62,834 nucleotides of DNA, filler included, from Kipferlia bialata (GCA_003568945.1; 6 parts of 6 records of this genome joined end to end with filler, not necessarily neighbours in it); one strand, 5' to 3'. Positions 10,599-26,000 are shown, counted from the whole stretch's first letter. Notes: generated by a model not told the origin, from the sequence alone. Made by a program: numbers and translations.

Positions 10599-11597
10599 TG
10601 ACAGGAGGGCAGACAGGGCACATTGTACTGTGGCAATGGGAACGCAGGGCGAGACCTGTCAACTGCCACACTGAGTCTGTGGCCAAGACATCCCCTGTAA
10701 TACACTCTGCATCCTAGCATAACCAAGGACCGGGCAGGAACGTGCCAAGGGTTGGGTGTGGTCTGTGATCACTATCGCATCGGTGAAACCAGAGTTGTTG
10801 CTGCCCAGGAACTCATTATGACCTTCGACGAGCATTGTATCAATATTCTGTCACCCTAGGATGAAATGAACGACTGTACACATCGTGGTCGTCGGCATGG
10901 GCCCTGTTGTCCGCCTGTCGCCTACGAAGCTGTGGCATATCAACCCAGGAGATCAGAATTTGCTTGCAGTGGTAAGAGACTGGGTACAACGACCACAGAA
11001 GACCCAGGTCACATCACTGTCACTTGGTGGCAACAGTTACTCTGCTACGGATCACGGCAGAAGTCTCCTCCGGACTCGACATCTGGCAGCACTGATACCG
11101 ACGTCACTCGTAGGCTCCTGCAGAGACGTAGGGAGCTACCATATGTGCAGTTGGAGTTTTCAGCTGGACATGATATTGGGTTACCATGGGGGGTGGGGAT
11201 ACTGGTATGGGGTCAGATCTACCCGCAGACTGTAATCTGGAGTCCAGACCGTGTACCTCGCAGTCAACAGTGATGGCACAGCAGCAACAGTCCCCTGGGC
11301 CACGATGCGGCAGGAGTGAAGTTCCAAGCATTCCAGGCGTTTGAATGTGCTCAGGAACAGGGGTGCGGCTTCGGGACCATCTACGACACAGGGAGTGGCC
11401 TCAGCGTCCCCTTAAACCCGGTCTCTGTGAGAGGCCAGCTCACTCCCAAGAATACCCATATGGTGATACCCAGCCTGACAGGAGGGCAGACAATGTACAG
11501 AGTAGTATGACAATGGGAACGCAGGGCGAGACAAGTCAACTGCCACGCTGAAGTCTGCGGCCAATACATCCCCTGTCCTACACTCTGTATCCTAGCG
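10599..11597. repeat. Diverged direct repeat of about 120 bp (10599-10718 and 11476-11597)
   Basis: TGACAGGAGGGCAGACA...CAATGGGAACGCAGGGCGAGAC...CAACTGCCAC...CATCCCCTGT...TACACTCTG.ATCCTAGC is present twice. Confidence 0.8.
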
Positions 11598-12952
11598 GAA
11601 AGGGAACACTAACAACCCCATACGGCGGACTCGGAACTGGTTGCAGTGTCCATTTACGCACGTGGACTACACTGGCTACAAAACCCAGGTCGCGTCAGCT
11701 ATGTTGGCGTTCGTCCCTTCTGATGTGATATGGTGCCTCCATAGACTGACATGGCCTGTATCTACGAGTAAGTCACGCAAGCACTACTGGACTAGTGATC
11801 AGGCTCAAATCCGGCCTTAGTCCAGTAATATTGGAGCCCGTCCACCCACAGGACACCACGCAAACTACCTACCACAAGAAAACATCGCCGCCCATACTCA
11901 GAGCAGACAGCAAGGAGTGAACACACCAAGGGTGCCAGGTGTCAAATAGTTGACACAGCTGTGGTCGGTGCCAAGGCAGAGCCGCACTGGAACCAATATG
12001 AACCTTAAGATCCAGATGACAATGGCAGTCATAAGACCAAGTGTTGTTGCAGTTTCGACCGACATCAAAGTTAAGACCACCCTGCCTTGATGTCTTGGAT
12101 ACACCTCTTCTAAAGCACAGCGAGACACCACCGCGAATACACACAAGTGTGACACAGCACCATCAGCACAGCTTCCAGGAGTGCACATTCCCTCATCTAG
12201 CCAGACTGGCAGGCGCCACAGGTGCCACCAGGGAGAAACTGTTCAGTTCTCAGCTCGACCAGTGAACCCACCTGACAACACTACCAAGCTACATAGGTAC
12301 AACACAACAATACCACAAGCTTACACGTCTGCCGCCACTACAGTAAAGGTGGGTGTGGCTGCATTCTAGAGCCGGGCGACCTCCCTACGAACACCACTAT
12401 CGCGATCCCACTCTCCACTCCAACGTTGTCATGGGATAGGCCATCCCGAGGTCAGTAGTTGTAGAGGGTGTATAAGGGCCACCAGAACTTGACCGTAATA
12501 GCATCATCCATCAAGAACCGAGTCTCCAATGGAAGAGTAGCCATAACCGTATGCAGCCCCAGACCTAAGCTTTGTGTAGTGAGGATATTATCTCACTGTA
12601 AGCACGTCCATCGATGATAATGTTCATGTTGGCAACAGAAACACAATGGAGACAAAGAGCAATCCTTACTCAGAGTGAGGGATGGATCCTTGTCTGACAC
12701 CACGCAAGGTATACAACAGCTGATTACGCAGGAACACTTGCGATGGTGGCCAGAGTGACCTTCTTTCACCACAAGTAGCCAAGGTGTGTGGTGGACTATA
12801 TGGGCATCTTAGGAGTTACTAGGGCCTCACCGTCAGTCCCATCCTCCCGACCGATATCATCATGGGAGCATGGAAGAATGTGACCAGTACTTATACCTCG
12901 CTCCTTTGGACCTTACTTGAACAGTCAAGTGACACCCGGGACGCGGACCAAG

Positions 12953-15552
12953 GGCAACACTCTCAGACACCTAGCAATTCGTGGCCCGAGAGGGCTGGTC
13001 ATAGGCAACAGAGCAGTACCAACTCGAGACAATTGCATAGCGTTGATGACATGTGTGCCAACTGCACTCTCTACATGCGCATCCCTAGTGTTCCTGGAAC
13101 ATGGATACCACGCTAGAGAGACCCGTTGGAACTGCATACAGACAGAGTCGCCGGGGCTGTTGGGGCGCACGAACATGACACATACACGCAGCCACTGCCG
13201 CTGTCACTTGATGGCCTGGTTTGTAAAGTGCTCATTGGACCGGATACACAATACTGTCTTCAGTGCCTTGTATAGACTGGGGTGAGTAGGACCACTAAGC
13301 ATGTAGTAAGACAATAATATATGTATATCCTTGACGTTGAACTCAATGACTGCCATGATACATACCATTGATAGGGCAACGCCAAAATGTGGATAAGATG
13401 AATACATGCAACAGACTGAGGGCGTGGTGATGCCATACATATATACAAATGTGAACGTACTGACCTATAGTGACCAATTGGATACGAGCTCCCAGGAGCT
13501 CACCAGACACGGCACCCACCGTATCCCCCTACGTGCACCAGTACAGACGTATGTAGCTTGGCTGATCAGGTAGGTGTCAGATGCCAAACAGCATATTCGA
13601 CGATAACCCAAGACTCATTCAATGCCCTTATGCTCACCAGTCCACAAACATCACGAGCGTAACTATGTCTTGGAAGAGGGGGGGTGCCACACCAGAGAAC
13701 ACCCAGCCACCACCTCAGGGGATGTGGCTGTCAGACAACCCAGAATACCCTCCCTTGTTGAATAGTTGATATGACTGACAAAGACTGCACTGCCAGAACA
13801 GCTCAAACAATATCAATGACAGGCTTGGGCCGGGATAGATCCCAAGTCCTATCTGTAACCAGTGTGGAAAGACAGCCATGATGTGTTCACTGGGGCTCAA
13901 TGACTGGTGGTACTGGTCTGAGATAGGTGTGCAGTGCTAGAGTGCTAGAGCTCAAGTCGGAAACCACTGTTACTCAAGAGAAGCACGATCATCCCTCTGA
14001 GACGTCTCTACACTGTTCTCTGACTAGTGCTTACTCCAATGACTGACATCCAGTTACATCAGAGATCACCCACTAACCCCTTGGGGTAGAGTGGCAACGT
14101 ACTGTGGCAGACACTGTGCTCTGACCAGTGTCCACCGCTGTTCCTGGTGTATAGTTTCATGAGAGCACACCCAGTCACTCCCTCCGGGACAGTCTCACAC
14201 CTCACACCTCACATATGCAGTGCAAGGGGGTGTCGATAGACATGGACACGGGCAACACTCTCAGACACCTCGCAAGTCGTGGCCCGAAAGAGCCCTCCAC
14301 TGGCCATGGACAACAGCACAAACCCAACTAGAGACAATTGCATAGGGTGGACGTCAAGTGTGTGAACAGTATTTCTCAAGATGTGCATCTCTGGTGTCCC
14401 TGGAACATGGATACCACTCCAGAGAGACCCGGTGAGGACTGCACACAGCTGTCGGGGCGCACGATCATGACATATACAAACAGCCACTGTCGCTGTCACT
14501 CGATGACCTGGTTTGTAAAGCGCTCATTGGACCGGATATACAATACTGTCTTCAGTACCCAGTCAAGACTGGGGTGAGTAGGACCACTTAGCATGTAGTA
14601 AGACAGTGAATACATGTAAATATCCTTGACGTTGATCTAAAGCAGAGCACTGCGGGAACAAGAAGTGCCATGATACATATCAGAAGTGAGGCAACTCCAA
14701 AATGTAAACACGCTGAAGACATGCAACAGACAGAGGGTGTGGTGATGCCATACATATATACATACAAATGGTACTGTACTGACCTCCAACGACCAGTTGC
14801 ATACGAGCTGCCAGGAGATCAGCTGGCCAGACACGACACACACCGTCTCCCCCTAGGTGTACAGGTACAGAGGTAGGCATCTAGTTCAGGCTGAGCAGGT
14901 AGGTGTCAAAGGTCAGCCAGCATATCAGACGAATACCCAAGACTCAATGTCCTAATGCTGACCAGTTCCGGAATCACTCGAGTGCTCCAATGTCTAGGAA
15001 GAGGGGGGGGGGGCACTACACCAGAAAGCACACGGCCCCCGCCTCTAAGGGGATGAGGTTGTCAGACAACCCAGGAACCCTCTCTTGTTGAAAAGTTGTC
15101 CACACGGAGGAGGAATCCTATCTCGTCCCATACATGTACATCGGTTGACGATCCTTGGGGTATGGGAGAAGTAAAGAATGCGTGCCCGCCAGTGGTGAGG
15201 TCGATACCACCAATAGGTCACATTCTCCAGTGCATCAGAAGGAAGCTGCACTGCCAGAACAGCACAAACAACACCAATGATACGAAAGACACCATTGACA
15301 TACTTGGACTGGGATGGATCCCAAGTCTTATATGTAACCAGTGTGGAAACACAGCCATGATGTGTTCACTGGGACTCAAGGACTGGTGCCACTGGTCTGA
15401 GATAGGTGCGCAGTTCTAGATCTCAAGTCCGGATACACTGTGACTCAAGAGAACCACAATCATCCCTCTGAGAGGGCCTCTACTCTGTTCTCTGACTAGT
15501 GCTTAACCCAGTACTGGAATTTCAGTTGCATCAGAGAGCACACTAACCCCTT
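12953..15552. repeat. Diverged tandem duplication of about 1.2-1.3 kb (12953-14082 and 14251-15552)
   Basis: Collinear shared anchors GGCAACACTCTCAGACACCT, CTCATTGGACCGGATA, GACTGGGGTGAGTAGGACCACT, ACAGCCATGATGTGTTCACTGGG and CTAACCCCTT. The second copy has an extra segment near 15090-15240. Confidence 0.85.
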
Positions 15553-18500
15553 ATGACAGATGCTCAACCTCCTACATGCAGAACCAGGGAGTACCGGCAA
15601 ATATGGACATGAGCATAGCGTTAGCGGCAGTGAGTTAACACTGAACTGACATGATGCCTATCCAGATGGCGGTATCCCTTTTCTCAATCAGACATCCTGT
15701 GCGAGCATACGACACTATGGTGCTCTTTGGGCTGTGTAGTGTCTAAAAGTCTACATTGGCAGCTACGCACCCAACACCCAGCACCCGCCCCACAACCAGC
15801 ACCCCCCCCCCCCCCCCCACCGACCCTCCTCGGACCAAGGTGTAGTTGCTACGCCCAGGTCCTGCAGTTATTTCCCCGTACATTGGCGTCAGAGCACATC
15901 CAGCCAAACCTACTGGGACACAGCCAAAACCTCACAGGGGGTGACAACCTGACGCCGCCCTCCAGCTGACTCAACTATGGACAACCCATCACATAACCAA
16001 CCGTGGATCCGTCAGTGACCTACGGAGATGCAGGTCGTGGCCACACACACACAAACACACATACATCTTGTATATGCCAGTGCACAATACCACAGCCCTC
16101 TTTCAGCTGGCCAGTTCAATTCGATACTGCCCACACACACACATCCACCTGGGTATTGTTTTCCAGTGGAGACAAGATCGTTCGTATCCTACCGGCCCCA
16201 GACAGAAAATCACTGAGTCATACGGATGGCCAGCCAACCCACAAGCAGTATCGACACTGGGGACATGTTGTCTGAATGTGACAATCTCCACTGGGACAGA
16301 GGGATAATGTCACACCAGATACAGCTGAAGAGATGCAACACGTTCTCTCTACCCTCATCTCTCTCTTGTCATACACACAATGCAACAGTGACATGAACTA
16401 TTCTCTGACTAGTCTCCACTATTGGTCCAAGGATCATACGTGCATCAGAGGGTAGCCAGTCACTCCCTGACACTGTGACACAGCCTCACATATGTAGTAC
16501 AGGGGGTGTCGGCAGATTTGACCGCAAACAGGGTTCTAAACATACATGGGCGTAACGGCAGGGACAGCGACAGATGCAGTGGCTAGCACCGGAATGGTGT
16601 TATGAGGGCTGTCCAGTCCCCATATCCTAGATGCCACTCTATCTGTCCTCAGATTCATCCGCCAGGGAGGTCTAACCACATAAACATCCCATCACGGACC
16701 GAGTCAATATGGATGTAGGGGCCATGCCAATAGAAACATGTCATGTCTTCCAGTTCCGACATGGACCATACTTTCGCATTGGCCAGGACAACCAGGTACT
16801 CAGCATACAGAGTCTGACATTCCATCCCCAGGGCGCACGGACTGAAGAGCAGAAGAGGGACTTGACAGTGGTGTTGTAGGTGCAAGTGGCACAGGGATGT
16901 CTGGAGCCACGTGGAAAGACCTGTGTACTGTGTGCAATGAATGGACTAGGCCCGGTCCCACTCTCCCACGAGAGACATTCCATTGGCAGCATATAGCCTG
17001 GATAGTTAGAGAGAGGTATATGGAACTAACAGTAGCGGGACACATACTCTTGAGGTAGATCCAGATATATATGTGGTAGAGAGGGGCTAAGGTCACCGAC
17101 AACTATCATATAGATAACCACTAACCTCAAATGACCTAGTGCCCCAGGATCACTTGGTATGTATGCCATAACCACCACAGGTGCACATGTACACTATCCG
17201 ACCAGTGCAGATACCGAAAGAGTCTAGGGCACACCACATATACACTGCTGTATATCGAATATGACCACACAAGGATATCAGTTGGCCTGAACAGTGGACG
17301 CTGTTGAGAGAGGAACAGAGACAGGGAAAGGGACACCGATATACGCAGTGTGTGGATCATCGGAATGATGCTATGGATGCTGTCCAGTAGCATCAATCTG
17401 ATACACACACAAGTGATGTTCACCAGTGCACAAAGGCAAGCGGATGTTCCAGCTGCCTTGGACTAGTGGCCACCGACAATGGCAATGCACACACAAACAC
17501 ACACACACCAGTAATATACAAGTGCACACTACCATGGACCTATTCCAGCTGGCCAGTTCAGCACTACACTGTCCACCGTCACACATTCACCTTGGTAATG
17601 TTATCCAGTGGAGACATGGCAATGGAACTCCTACCTGCCCCAGACAGAAATGCACTGAGTCCATAAGGGTGGTCAGCCAACCCACAAGCAGTAACGACAC
17701 TGGGGACATGTTGGTCTGAATGTCACAACCAGCACTGATGCAGAGGGTCAATGTCACACTAGACCCAGGAGAGAGACAACACACTCTCTCTACCTTCATC
17801 TCTCTCTTGTCACACACACGACGCAGCTGTGGCATACACTACTCTCCGCCTAGTGTCCTACCACTATTCAAGGAGCACAGTTTCATGAGAGCACACCCAG
17901 TGACACCCAGTGGGACAGTGACACTCCTCACACATGCAGCCCAAGGGGGTGTCGGCAGTGGTAGACAGGGACAGTGATGTCATGTGACCTAGTTCCACAG
18001 AATCCCAATGACTACACGTGGTCTGACTCTGGCAACCATCAGAGACACCGAGGGTCAGTGTCACATACAGGAGAGAATGGGGACTGTTCAGCAGATACAC
18101 CAGAGCGGGGTGTATAGCTGTATAGATGTAGGTACAAGGGGCAAGTGTACACTAGCGTCCAGAGACCACTATGCTGGTAGACCATGTCTACCAAGAGACC
18201 TGTCTAGCCAACATACGGAAGNNNNNNNNNNNNNNNNNNNNNNNNNNNNNNNNNNNNNNNNNNNNNNNNNNNNNNNNNNNNNNNNNNNNNNNNNNNNNNN
18301 NNNNNNNNNNNNNNNNNNNNNNNNNNNNNNNNNNNNNNNNNNNNNNNNNNNNNNNNNNNNNNNNNNNNNNNNNNNNNNNNNNNNNNNNNNNNNNNNNNNN
18401 NNNNNNNNNNNNNNNNNNNNNNNNNNNNNNNNNNNNNNNNNNNNNNNNNNNNNNNNNNNNNNNNNNNNNNNNNNNNNNNNNNNNNNNNNNNNNNNNNNNN

Positions 18501-19700
18501 NNNNNNNNNNNNNNNNNNNNNNNNNNNNNNNNNNNNNNNNNNNNNNNNNNNNNNNNNNNNNNNNNNNNNNNNNNNNNNNNNNNNNNNNNNNNNNNNNNNN
18601 NNNNNNNNNNNNNNNNNNNNNNNNNNNNNNNNNNNNNNNNNNNNNNNNNNNNNNNNNNNNNNNNNNNNNNNNNNNNNNNGGAGACCTCATCACACACTGA
18701 AACAATCCCTTATCGGCCAGGGGAGATGCCGCATGCCCTCACCCAGGTCATGTTATCCAGTACAAACAGCATGGACGATCTTTGAAGTGGCCTGGACACC
18801 TACAGAGAGACAAGAAATCCACAAAGCATATGGTCTGGTGGGGAGAGGACGGGCAACGTAGCTGGTGCACGTAGGTGGTACTCTTGCTGCAAGTACAGAG
18901 CCCGAGCGGTGTCCAGTAGCACATAATCGAGATATTCCTACTGTGTACAAAGAGGACATCCAACAACAACACCACTCAACTGCTTCAGTGACAGTGGTGA
19001 CATGATGGTCTGAATGTCACAACCTCCACTGGGGCAGACGGTCAATGTCACACCACTATTCTCTGACTAGTGTCCCCTACTATCTAAGGAGCACAGTTGC
19101 TTCAGAGCACACTCTGCCACTCACATAGGGACAGTCCCACTCCTCACACATGCAACACAAGGGCGTGTCGGCAGTGAGAGACACGTACACGGGGACAGAG
19201 AGAGGGAGAGGGTAGCCGTCACAACAGATACAGGACAGACGCAACCCTCACCCAATATGATACAGATACAACACATCCGTGCCAGACACTGTTCTGTTAC
19301 TAATGCCGAATACCAGCAGTGGCTGAAGTGTCTTCAGAGGGCACCTAGTCACTGCCACTGCCACAATGCCACTTCTCACCCATGCAGTACAAGGGGGTGT
19401 CGGCAGTAAGAGACACGGACACAAACAGGGACATAGACATAGACAGGATGTAGCCTTAGGCACAGCGAGATGTAGTGGCCAGCACCGGAATGGTGCTACG
19501 AGGGCTGTCCAGTATATACATCCCGGAAGCCACAATATCTGTCCTCAGACTCATCCGGCCTGGGTACACCAGTCATGTCTCCAGTGACCAGTGGAGATGG
19601 ATATAGAGGCCATGCCCAAACACACATGCCATGTCTTCCAGTGCACAAATGTGGGCCACGTTCACACTGTCCTGGACAGACGGGCACTCAGTACATTGGA
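14110..19700 (-). pseudogene. Cluster of decayed copies of an unidentified Cys-rich coding or mobile sequence
   Basis: A module of about 120 bp (…CACATGCAGT.CAAGGGGGTGTCGGCAG) recurs at about 14110-14240, 16399-16515, 17839-17960, 19056-19175 and 19285-19408, inside larger duplicated blocks (16040-16900, 17487-17980, 19005-19700). The minus strand reads DTPLGCMCEECHCPTGCHWVCSHETVLL in the best copy. All frames are broken by stops. Confidence 0.45.
18222..18679. other. Internal scaffold gap (others at 32814-33805, 43533-43632, 59141-59167)
   Basis: N runs without the linker core. The last three gaps fall inside exon-echo arrays with the same sequence on both sides. Confidence 0.95.
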
Positions 19701-21335
19701 GCAATAACCTGATGGATTAGCGACACATGTTGTTGACTCGCACTAGTAACGACCCATACCATTGGGGAAAGTGGGAGACAGATAGAGATGACACGAAGGT
19801 TATAAAGAGAGATCGTGAAGAAATGACGGAAAGAGGGTACCTGGTATCGGACCTACTATAGGTACAATCCACCAACCTCCTCTGACCTAGTCCGATACAC
19901 GGATGCCTACTTTGAATGGTCTGAATGTCACAACCACCACTGGCACATAGTGCCAGTGTCACCAGACACAGAAGAGGGCTGACATACTCTTCCCTCCTGA
20001 CATGTTTATCACTCCATACACAATACCTTGTCTTCCAGTGTAGACAGTTGGGACGATGCTTACATAGCCTTGGACATAGACAGTGACAGGGGCAGGGACA
20101 TGGGCATCGGTGGAAGAGAGGATGCCACTACCAGTCCCAGGTATGTCCAGTTGATACAAACAGACTATACCCAGTACTGTCTTAGAAACCAGTAGTATGA
20201 GTAGACATGCCCAACCTCAGACACGCATCCACTGAGGGTCCAGTGGCAAAGGGGTGATGGCGGTGGAGACACAGACCGAAGTTGAATATGGCACATTACA
20301 CAAATCCCTAGACCAGTTGGTCGGATTTCATAGACTGGAGGGCCAATACTAGGGGGACTAATGTTAGAGGTGTAGGGGGGGGGGGCATTTATACACACGG
20401 GAACTGGTGAAAGTGGAGAGATAAACGGAGCACAAACTCGTCATACCTGACCACAGTGGTGTGTGCAGGTATACCCACAGGGACTATCTTGACAGGGCAT
20501 GGTTGGCCTCGTAGACTAGGGATTCTGAGGTGAGATGAATGATGACATATACGTATCGGCTAGAGGCGGTGGGGTAGAGAGAATGAGAAGATAGTCAGTG
20601 ATACAAAAATTCAATTTCTAAAGATATAGGGAATATATAGAGTTGTTACCTCCAGTGCACCATGCACCTTTATGACAATACTTGGTCTGACACAGCCTAT
20701 CCCACCAATGGCACAGGGGGTATACATCTCCAAGGACACAGGGAGTGAGGGAGGGACTCTGCACCACTGGACACATGTGGGGACCCCCACCAACATGGCC
20801 TCTCTATCATCACACACAACTCACATCCAGAGACACGTGTCATTGCCTAGTGACAATTCTAGATTACCACAATAAGTTTGTGTATCATGGAAANNNNNNN
20901 NNNNNNNNNNNNNNNNNNNNNNNNNNNNNNNNNNNNNTTAATTAATTAANNNNNNNNNNNNNNNNNNNNNNNNNNNNNNNNNNNNNNNNNNNNAAGAAAA
21001 GGGGTTTCAGTTTTTCCCTCTTCCCCCCCCCCCCCCCCTTCCTCCCCACACATACATACATTATCTCCCTCCCTCTCCCATTGAGAATACGTACAAGTAT
21101 TCCTCACATCTGAGGGCCTCTCCTCTCTCTCTCTCTCTCTCTCTCCCTCTCTATGCCTTACCTCGGAACCAAATTCGCTACCCTCCACCCCCCCTCTCTC
21201 TATGTCCATACCTTAGGGCTTATCTTATGGCTTACCTTAGGGCCAAGTATTCTGCCCACCACTCTTATCTCTTCTAGTAACAATGTACAAATCTTACTCT
21301 AGGGCCAAGTACTCTGCCCACCACTCCTCCTCCGT

Positions 21336-21373
<38 letters not shown>

Positions 21374-21382
21374 TAATGCCAG

Positions 21383-23037
21383 GGCCAAGTACTCTGCTCA
21401 CCACTCCTCCTCTGGGTTCAGGCCACCACCCACAGCTGAGTACAGTCAGAACAGAGTGATGAGGTATGTATGATATATATAAAGTGTATATATATAATAG
21501 AGTTCACACGCATATATATGTATATACATAAGTATCTAGCCATCACCCACGGCTGAGTACAGTCAGAACAGAGAATATTTGTGTATAGTTATGCCACTTT
21601 GCACATATAGATATAATGTTGCATGTGTGTTAGTGGTAGAGACACATTGATAGATGTACACTTGTCAGACTAGAGTGAAACGAAGTATGGAGATGTGCTA
21701 GTACTATAGAGTACAATGTGAATGCATCTACCACACCATGTGAATACAGTAGTATATAGTGCCTCACCCCATAGGGCTGGAGAGACCGCTGACGCAACCA
21801 CATCCCCCACAGACACCAAGCCTAGCAGTGTGTTGAATGCAAGTGGCAGGTATGCAGATATGTCAAGACATATATATGTATAGTGTATATATATAGTTAT
21901 ATATAATAGTACCTTACCCTCGAGGTTGAATGCAAGTGGCAGGAATACAGATATATCAATATATCAATATATATATATTATATAATGGTTATATATATAT
22001 ACTAACAATAGGTTGAATGCTAGTGGCAGGATCAACAGTACACCCCGGCTCTTCTCGGCGTCCGGTGCATTCCCGGTACGTCCTCCCCCCCCCCGCTCTG
22101 TCCCCTTCTCTCATCCCGTCTCTCTCTCTCTCACACACACACTGATTTGCATGATACACTCAGACTCGATCCTGTCCTGCGGGACTCTCTTTCTCTCTCA
22201 TATATAGACCCGTTCCCGCCCTGTTGTCCTGTCCCCTGCTGCCCCTGTCCCAGACCTAGTACCTGCAGCAGAGACACAGGGTATGCACATTATATATAAT
22301 ATATGCATTATATATACTATATATACTATATGTATTAATATATATCCTGTGCCTGACCTATTACCTGCAGCAGAGACACAGGGTATGCTATGTATATCTT
22401 AGTATATATATGTACTATACTATGTATACTCATATATGTGTGTATACACTGCTGCCCCTGTGCCAGACCTAGTACCTGCAGCAGAGACACAGGGTATGCT
22501 ATGTGTAAGTATATATATGTACTATACTATATGTATATATGTCTATATATCCTGCCCCTGTGCCAGACCTAGTACCTGCGGCAGAGACACAGGGTGTGTA
22601 CATATACTACTGCTACTTTTAACGATGTATATAAACTCTAATATATGTGTATATATTTGAATGTCCCCTGCTGCCCCTGTGCCGGCAGAGGTGACACGGG
22701 GTATACTCTCTCTCTCTCTCTCTCGCTCTCTCTCTCTCTCCTCCTACACCCCTATTCACCCTCCAGGTGTCTTTGCCAGCATGAGGCACAGCATGTCCAT
22801 GAGAGATAGCATATCAAACAACAACGTCTCAGCGTCTCAGCGGCTAGACGTTTCTTCGAGACATGCAGCATACCCCTCTCCAGCTGGTGTGTTTGTGCCC
22901 AGTCGCTCTGTACCCCCAAGGTATATACCACTATATACCACATATTTACATTCATGCACTCTTGTGACTCTCTGCTTCATTGCTATCTCTCTAACTCTCT
23001 CTCTAGACCCCTATTCTGACTGTCAGTGACGGTGGCG

Positions 23038-23075
<38 letters not shown>

Positions 23076-26000
23076 TAGTTTGTCTGTGTGTGTATGTATA
23101 TAGTACTAACCTCTCAGTGACGGAGGTGCCCTCTCTGCCTCCTCTCTCACAACCGACAGGCCATTCGGACGCAACGTCAGGTACTTTCTCTCTCTCGCTC
23201 TCTTTGTCTCTCTCTACCTGGTTCTGTCACTCTCTCTCTATGTATTGGAATATCCCTCTTACCCTTCAGAGCCACCTCCGTTGAGACTGACATGCCATCG
23301 GGGCACTCACTGCCATCAAGGTATGTATACATATGCATATACATAAAGTATTTTACATAGTACTTATGCTCAATGTATGATATATTTGACATGCCATCTG
23401 GGCACTCACTCCCATCAAGGTATCTCGCTGTTTCTCTCTCTCTCTCTTTCCACATACTCATTGACCTCTGTCTCTGGCTAGACCCTAATTTCTCTCTCTC
23501 CAGTCAGTGGTAGGGGTTCTTGCAAAGGAGTGATGTTTCTTTCCCTCTCTCTCCACATACGACCTTGATCTTTCCTTCTCTCTCTCTCTGGCTGGCCCCT
23601 TATTCTCAGGGGCAGTGCCTCTAGCATCAGGGGGAGAGAGACCATGCGGGCGAGAGAGAGAGAGAGAGAGTTTGGCAGGAGTGCATCAGTGGCTGGCATG
23701 ATACCCGCATCCAGATATAAGGTATGTATAAATATATATATACGATATAAGGCGAGTTCATTATATATATACTACATGAATACTAGAATACACAGTTAAT
23801 TTGTATAGTGTTTGGCAGGAGTTTATATATAGGTTTTGCGGTTACTGTGACTGGGATGATACCCGCATCCAGGTATACGGTATATATATAACTCCGTAAT
23901 AGTGCACATATGCCACTGTCTCTCTCCGTCTCTCTCTCATATATAGTTGTATGGTATAGTGGTGTATTGTATGTATATTGTGTATATATACCTCTCACCC
24001 CCAGTACCAGGCACATGTACAGAGTATGTATGTATATATATACATTTATATATACGGTATTTAGTGTTGTCCTTTTTGTTCGAGAATGACCTCCCACCCC
24101 CAGTACCAGGCACCCAGCACCAGTCACTACACAGCCAGTGAGGTATGGGTATAACATGACCAATACATATATATACTTCATATATGCATATACTATATAC
24201 TCCGAGCACCAGTCACTACACAGCCAGTGAGGTGTGTATATATATTTATTAGATTCTCTATCTGTGTATACATTTTTACACAGCTGGTGAGGTATGTATA
24301 CATAATGACGAATATGTTTGTATATGTATACTTCATATATGTATATCCTATATACTCCGAGCACCAGTCACTACACAGCCAGTGAGGTGTGTATATATTA
24401 TTACTAATTTGTGTATATATTATATCTGTGATGTTCCCTGTCTTTTCTTAGGGGTCTTAAGGAGACCCTAATTCTATCTGCTCCCCCTTACTCTCTCCCT
24501 TTCTCAAGATCTTTTTCTCTCTACCGACCCCAGTCCAGGCCCCTCCCCTCCAGACCCCAGACATCTAGGAGTTACATGGGGGCCACAGGGTATGTGTATA
24601 TAGAAGAATATATGAAGGATCTTACAGACATTGATATGTATTGAGAGGGAGAGTCTCTTTACGGTTGGCCACATAGTATGTATATAGAGATGAATGCATA
24701 TAGATAGGGAGAGAGAGAGACAGGAGTTACATAGGGGCACGGTGTATGGATATTTATATGAATCTATGGGGATACTAGTTATAGACATTGATATGTTGAG
24801 GGAGAGACAGTGGTATGTGTCGTGTATATACACAACTCTATACTTAGTATACTATATGTACTGATCTAACCACAGTTACAGGCCTGACATTGGTGCGTCT
24901 GTGAGAAGGGAGAGGCAGAGAGCCATAGAGAGACAGATGCCACTCAATAGGTTGGTATTCTCAACGATCACTGTGTGAGCTTCACAGGGTGTATGTGTTA
25001 TACTCCACGCTGGACCCATATCCCTCAAGGGACATCTCTCTCCCTTTCTCAATCACTCTTCTTCTATACACATTACATCTATCAATGAGTCTATCTCTCT
25101 CTCTCTCTCTCTCTCTCTTACCCTCCAGGCCCATATCCCTCTATATGCATCTCTCTCTCTCTCTCTACCCTAGTCTCACTATCCAGGCCCATATCCCTCT
25201 ACGAGCCCCGCAAGGCCTCCCCCTCCAGAACCCAATCAGACAGGGAGAGGGAGAGAGAGAGAGAGAGAAGGGGGTCGCTCAGACCAGCAATGCCACAGGT
25301 ACTACACCCTTAGACTCTCTTTTGTTTCTCTGCACCCTTATTCTGGCTTTTGGTGTTTGTGTGTTATATGATATTATAGTTATATTATACACTCTTATTG
25401 TTCAGGTACCAGCTGCCGCTATGAGTCCCAGTACTGACCCTCTCTCCCCCTATAAGGGGCGGGAGAGTGGTGGTATGGGTGCTCCTAGTGGGGGGATGCT
25501 GAGGCTTGACTCTGCACCTGCGCCATCACTGCAGGTATATACATTGTTGGTATGTACTATATACTTTATCGTTCTTCTATGCAGGTGTGATCTCATATCT
25601 CACCCTCCAGGCACCCGGAGCGTCAGTCAAGGCAGGTCAAGAGTGGTCGAGGGGTGTCAGGCCTGGTCAAGACAGGGTGGAGTACCCTAGTACACTTGGG
25701 AGTGATCTTTTGTCACCCAGACCGAGAGCAAGAGAGGGGGAGAGAGAGAGAGTGATGAGTAACAGTCAGTCCCAGTCCCCACCCAAGAGACTGCCGTCAC
25801 CCACTCCCAGTCCTACAGTGTATAAGGTATATAATACGCTTGATGTTACTTGTAGATATAGTATGTATAGTAGGTAGTCTGACATTCAGGGACCTGAGCC
25901 CACCGATACATATAATATATATAGTATATATAGTGTATATATTGTATGATGTCTATAGTATATGTAAAGTATATATAGTGTGTAGTCTGACATTCAGGGA

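Noticed and set aside
18008..18785. Long ORFs containing X runs (also 32560-33989, 43253-43922)
   Set aside because: Artefacts of translating through N gaps.
10498..20893. Assignment of contig 2 to a specific transposon class (LTR, DIRS, KDZ)
   Set aside because: No RT, integrase, tyrosine recombinase or DDE motif, TIR or LTR pair could be read from the sequence.
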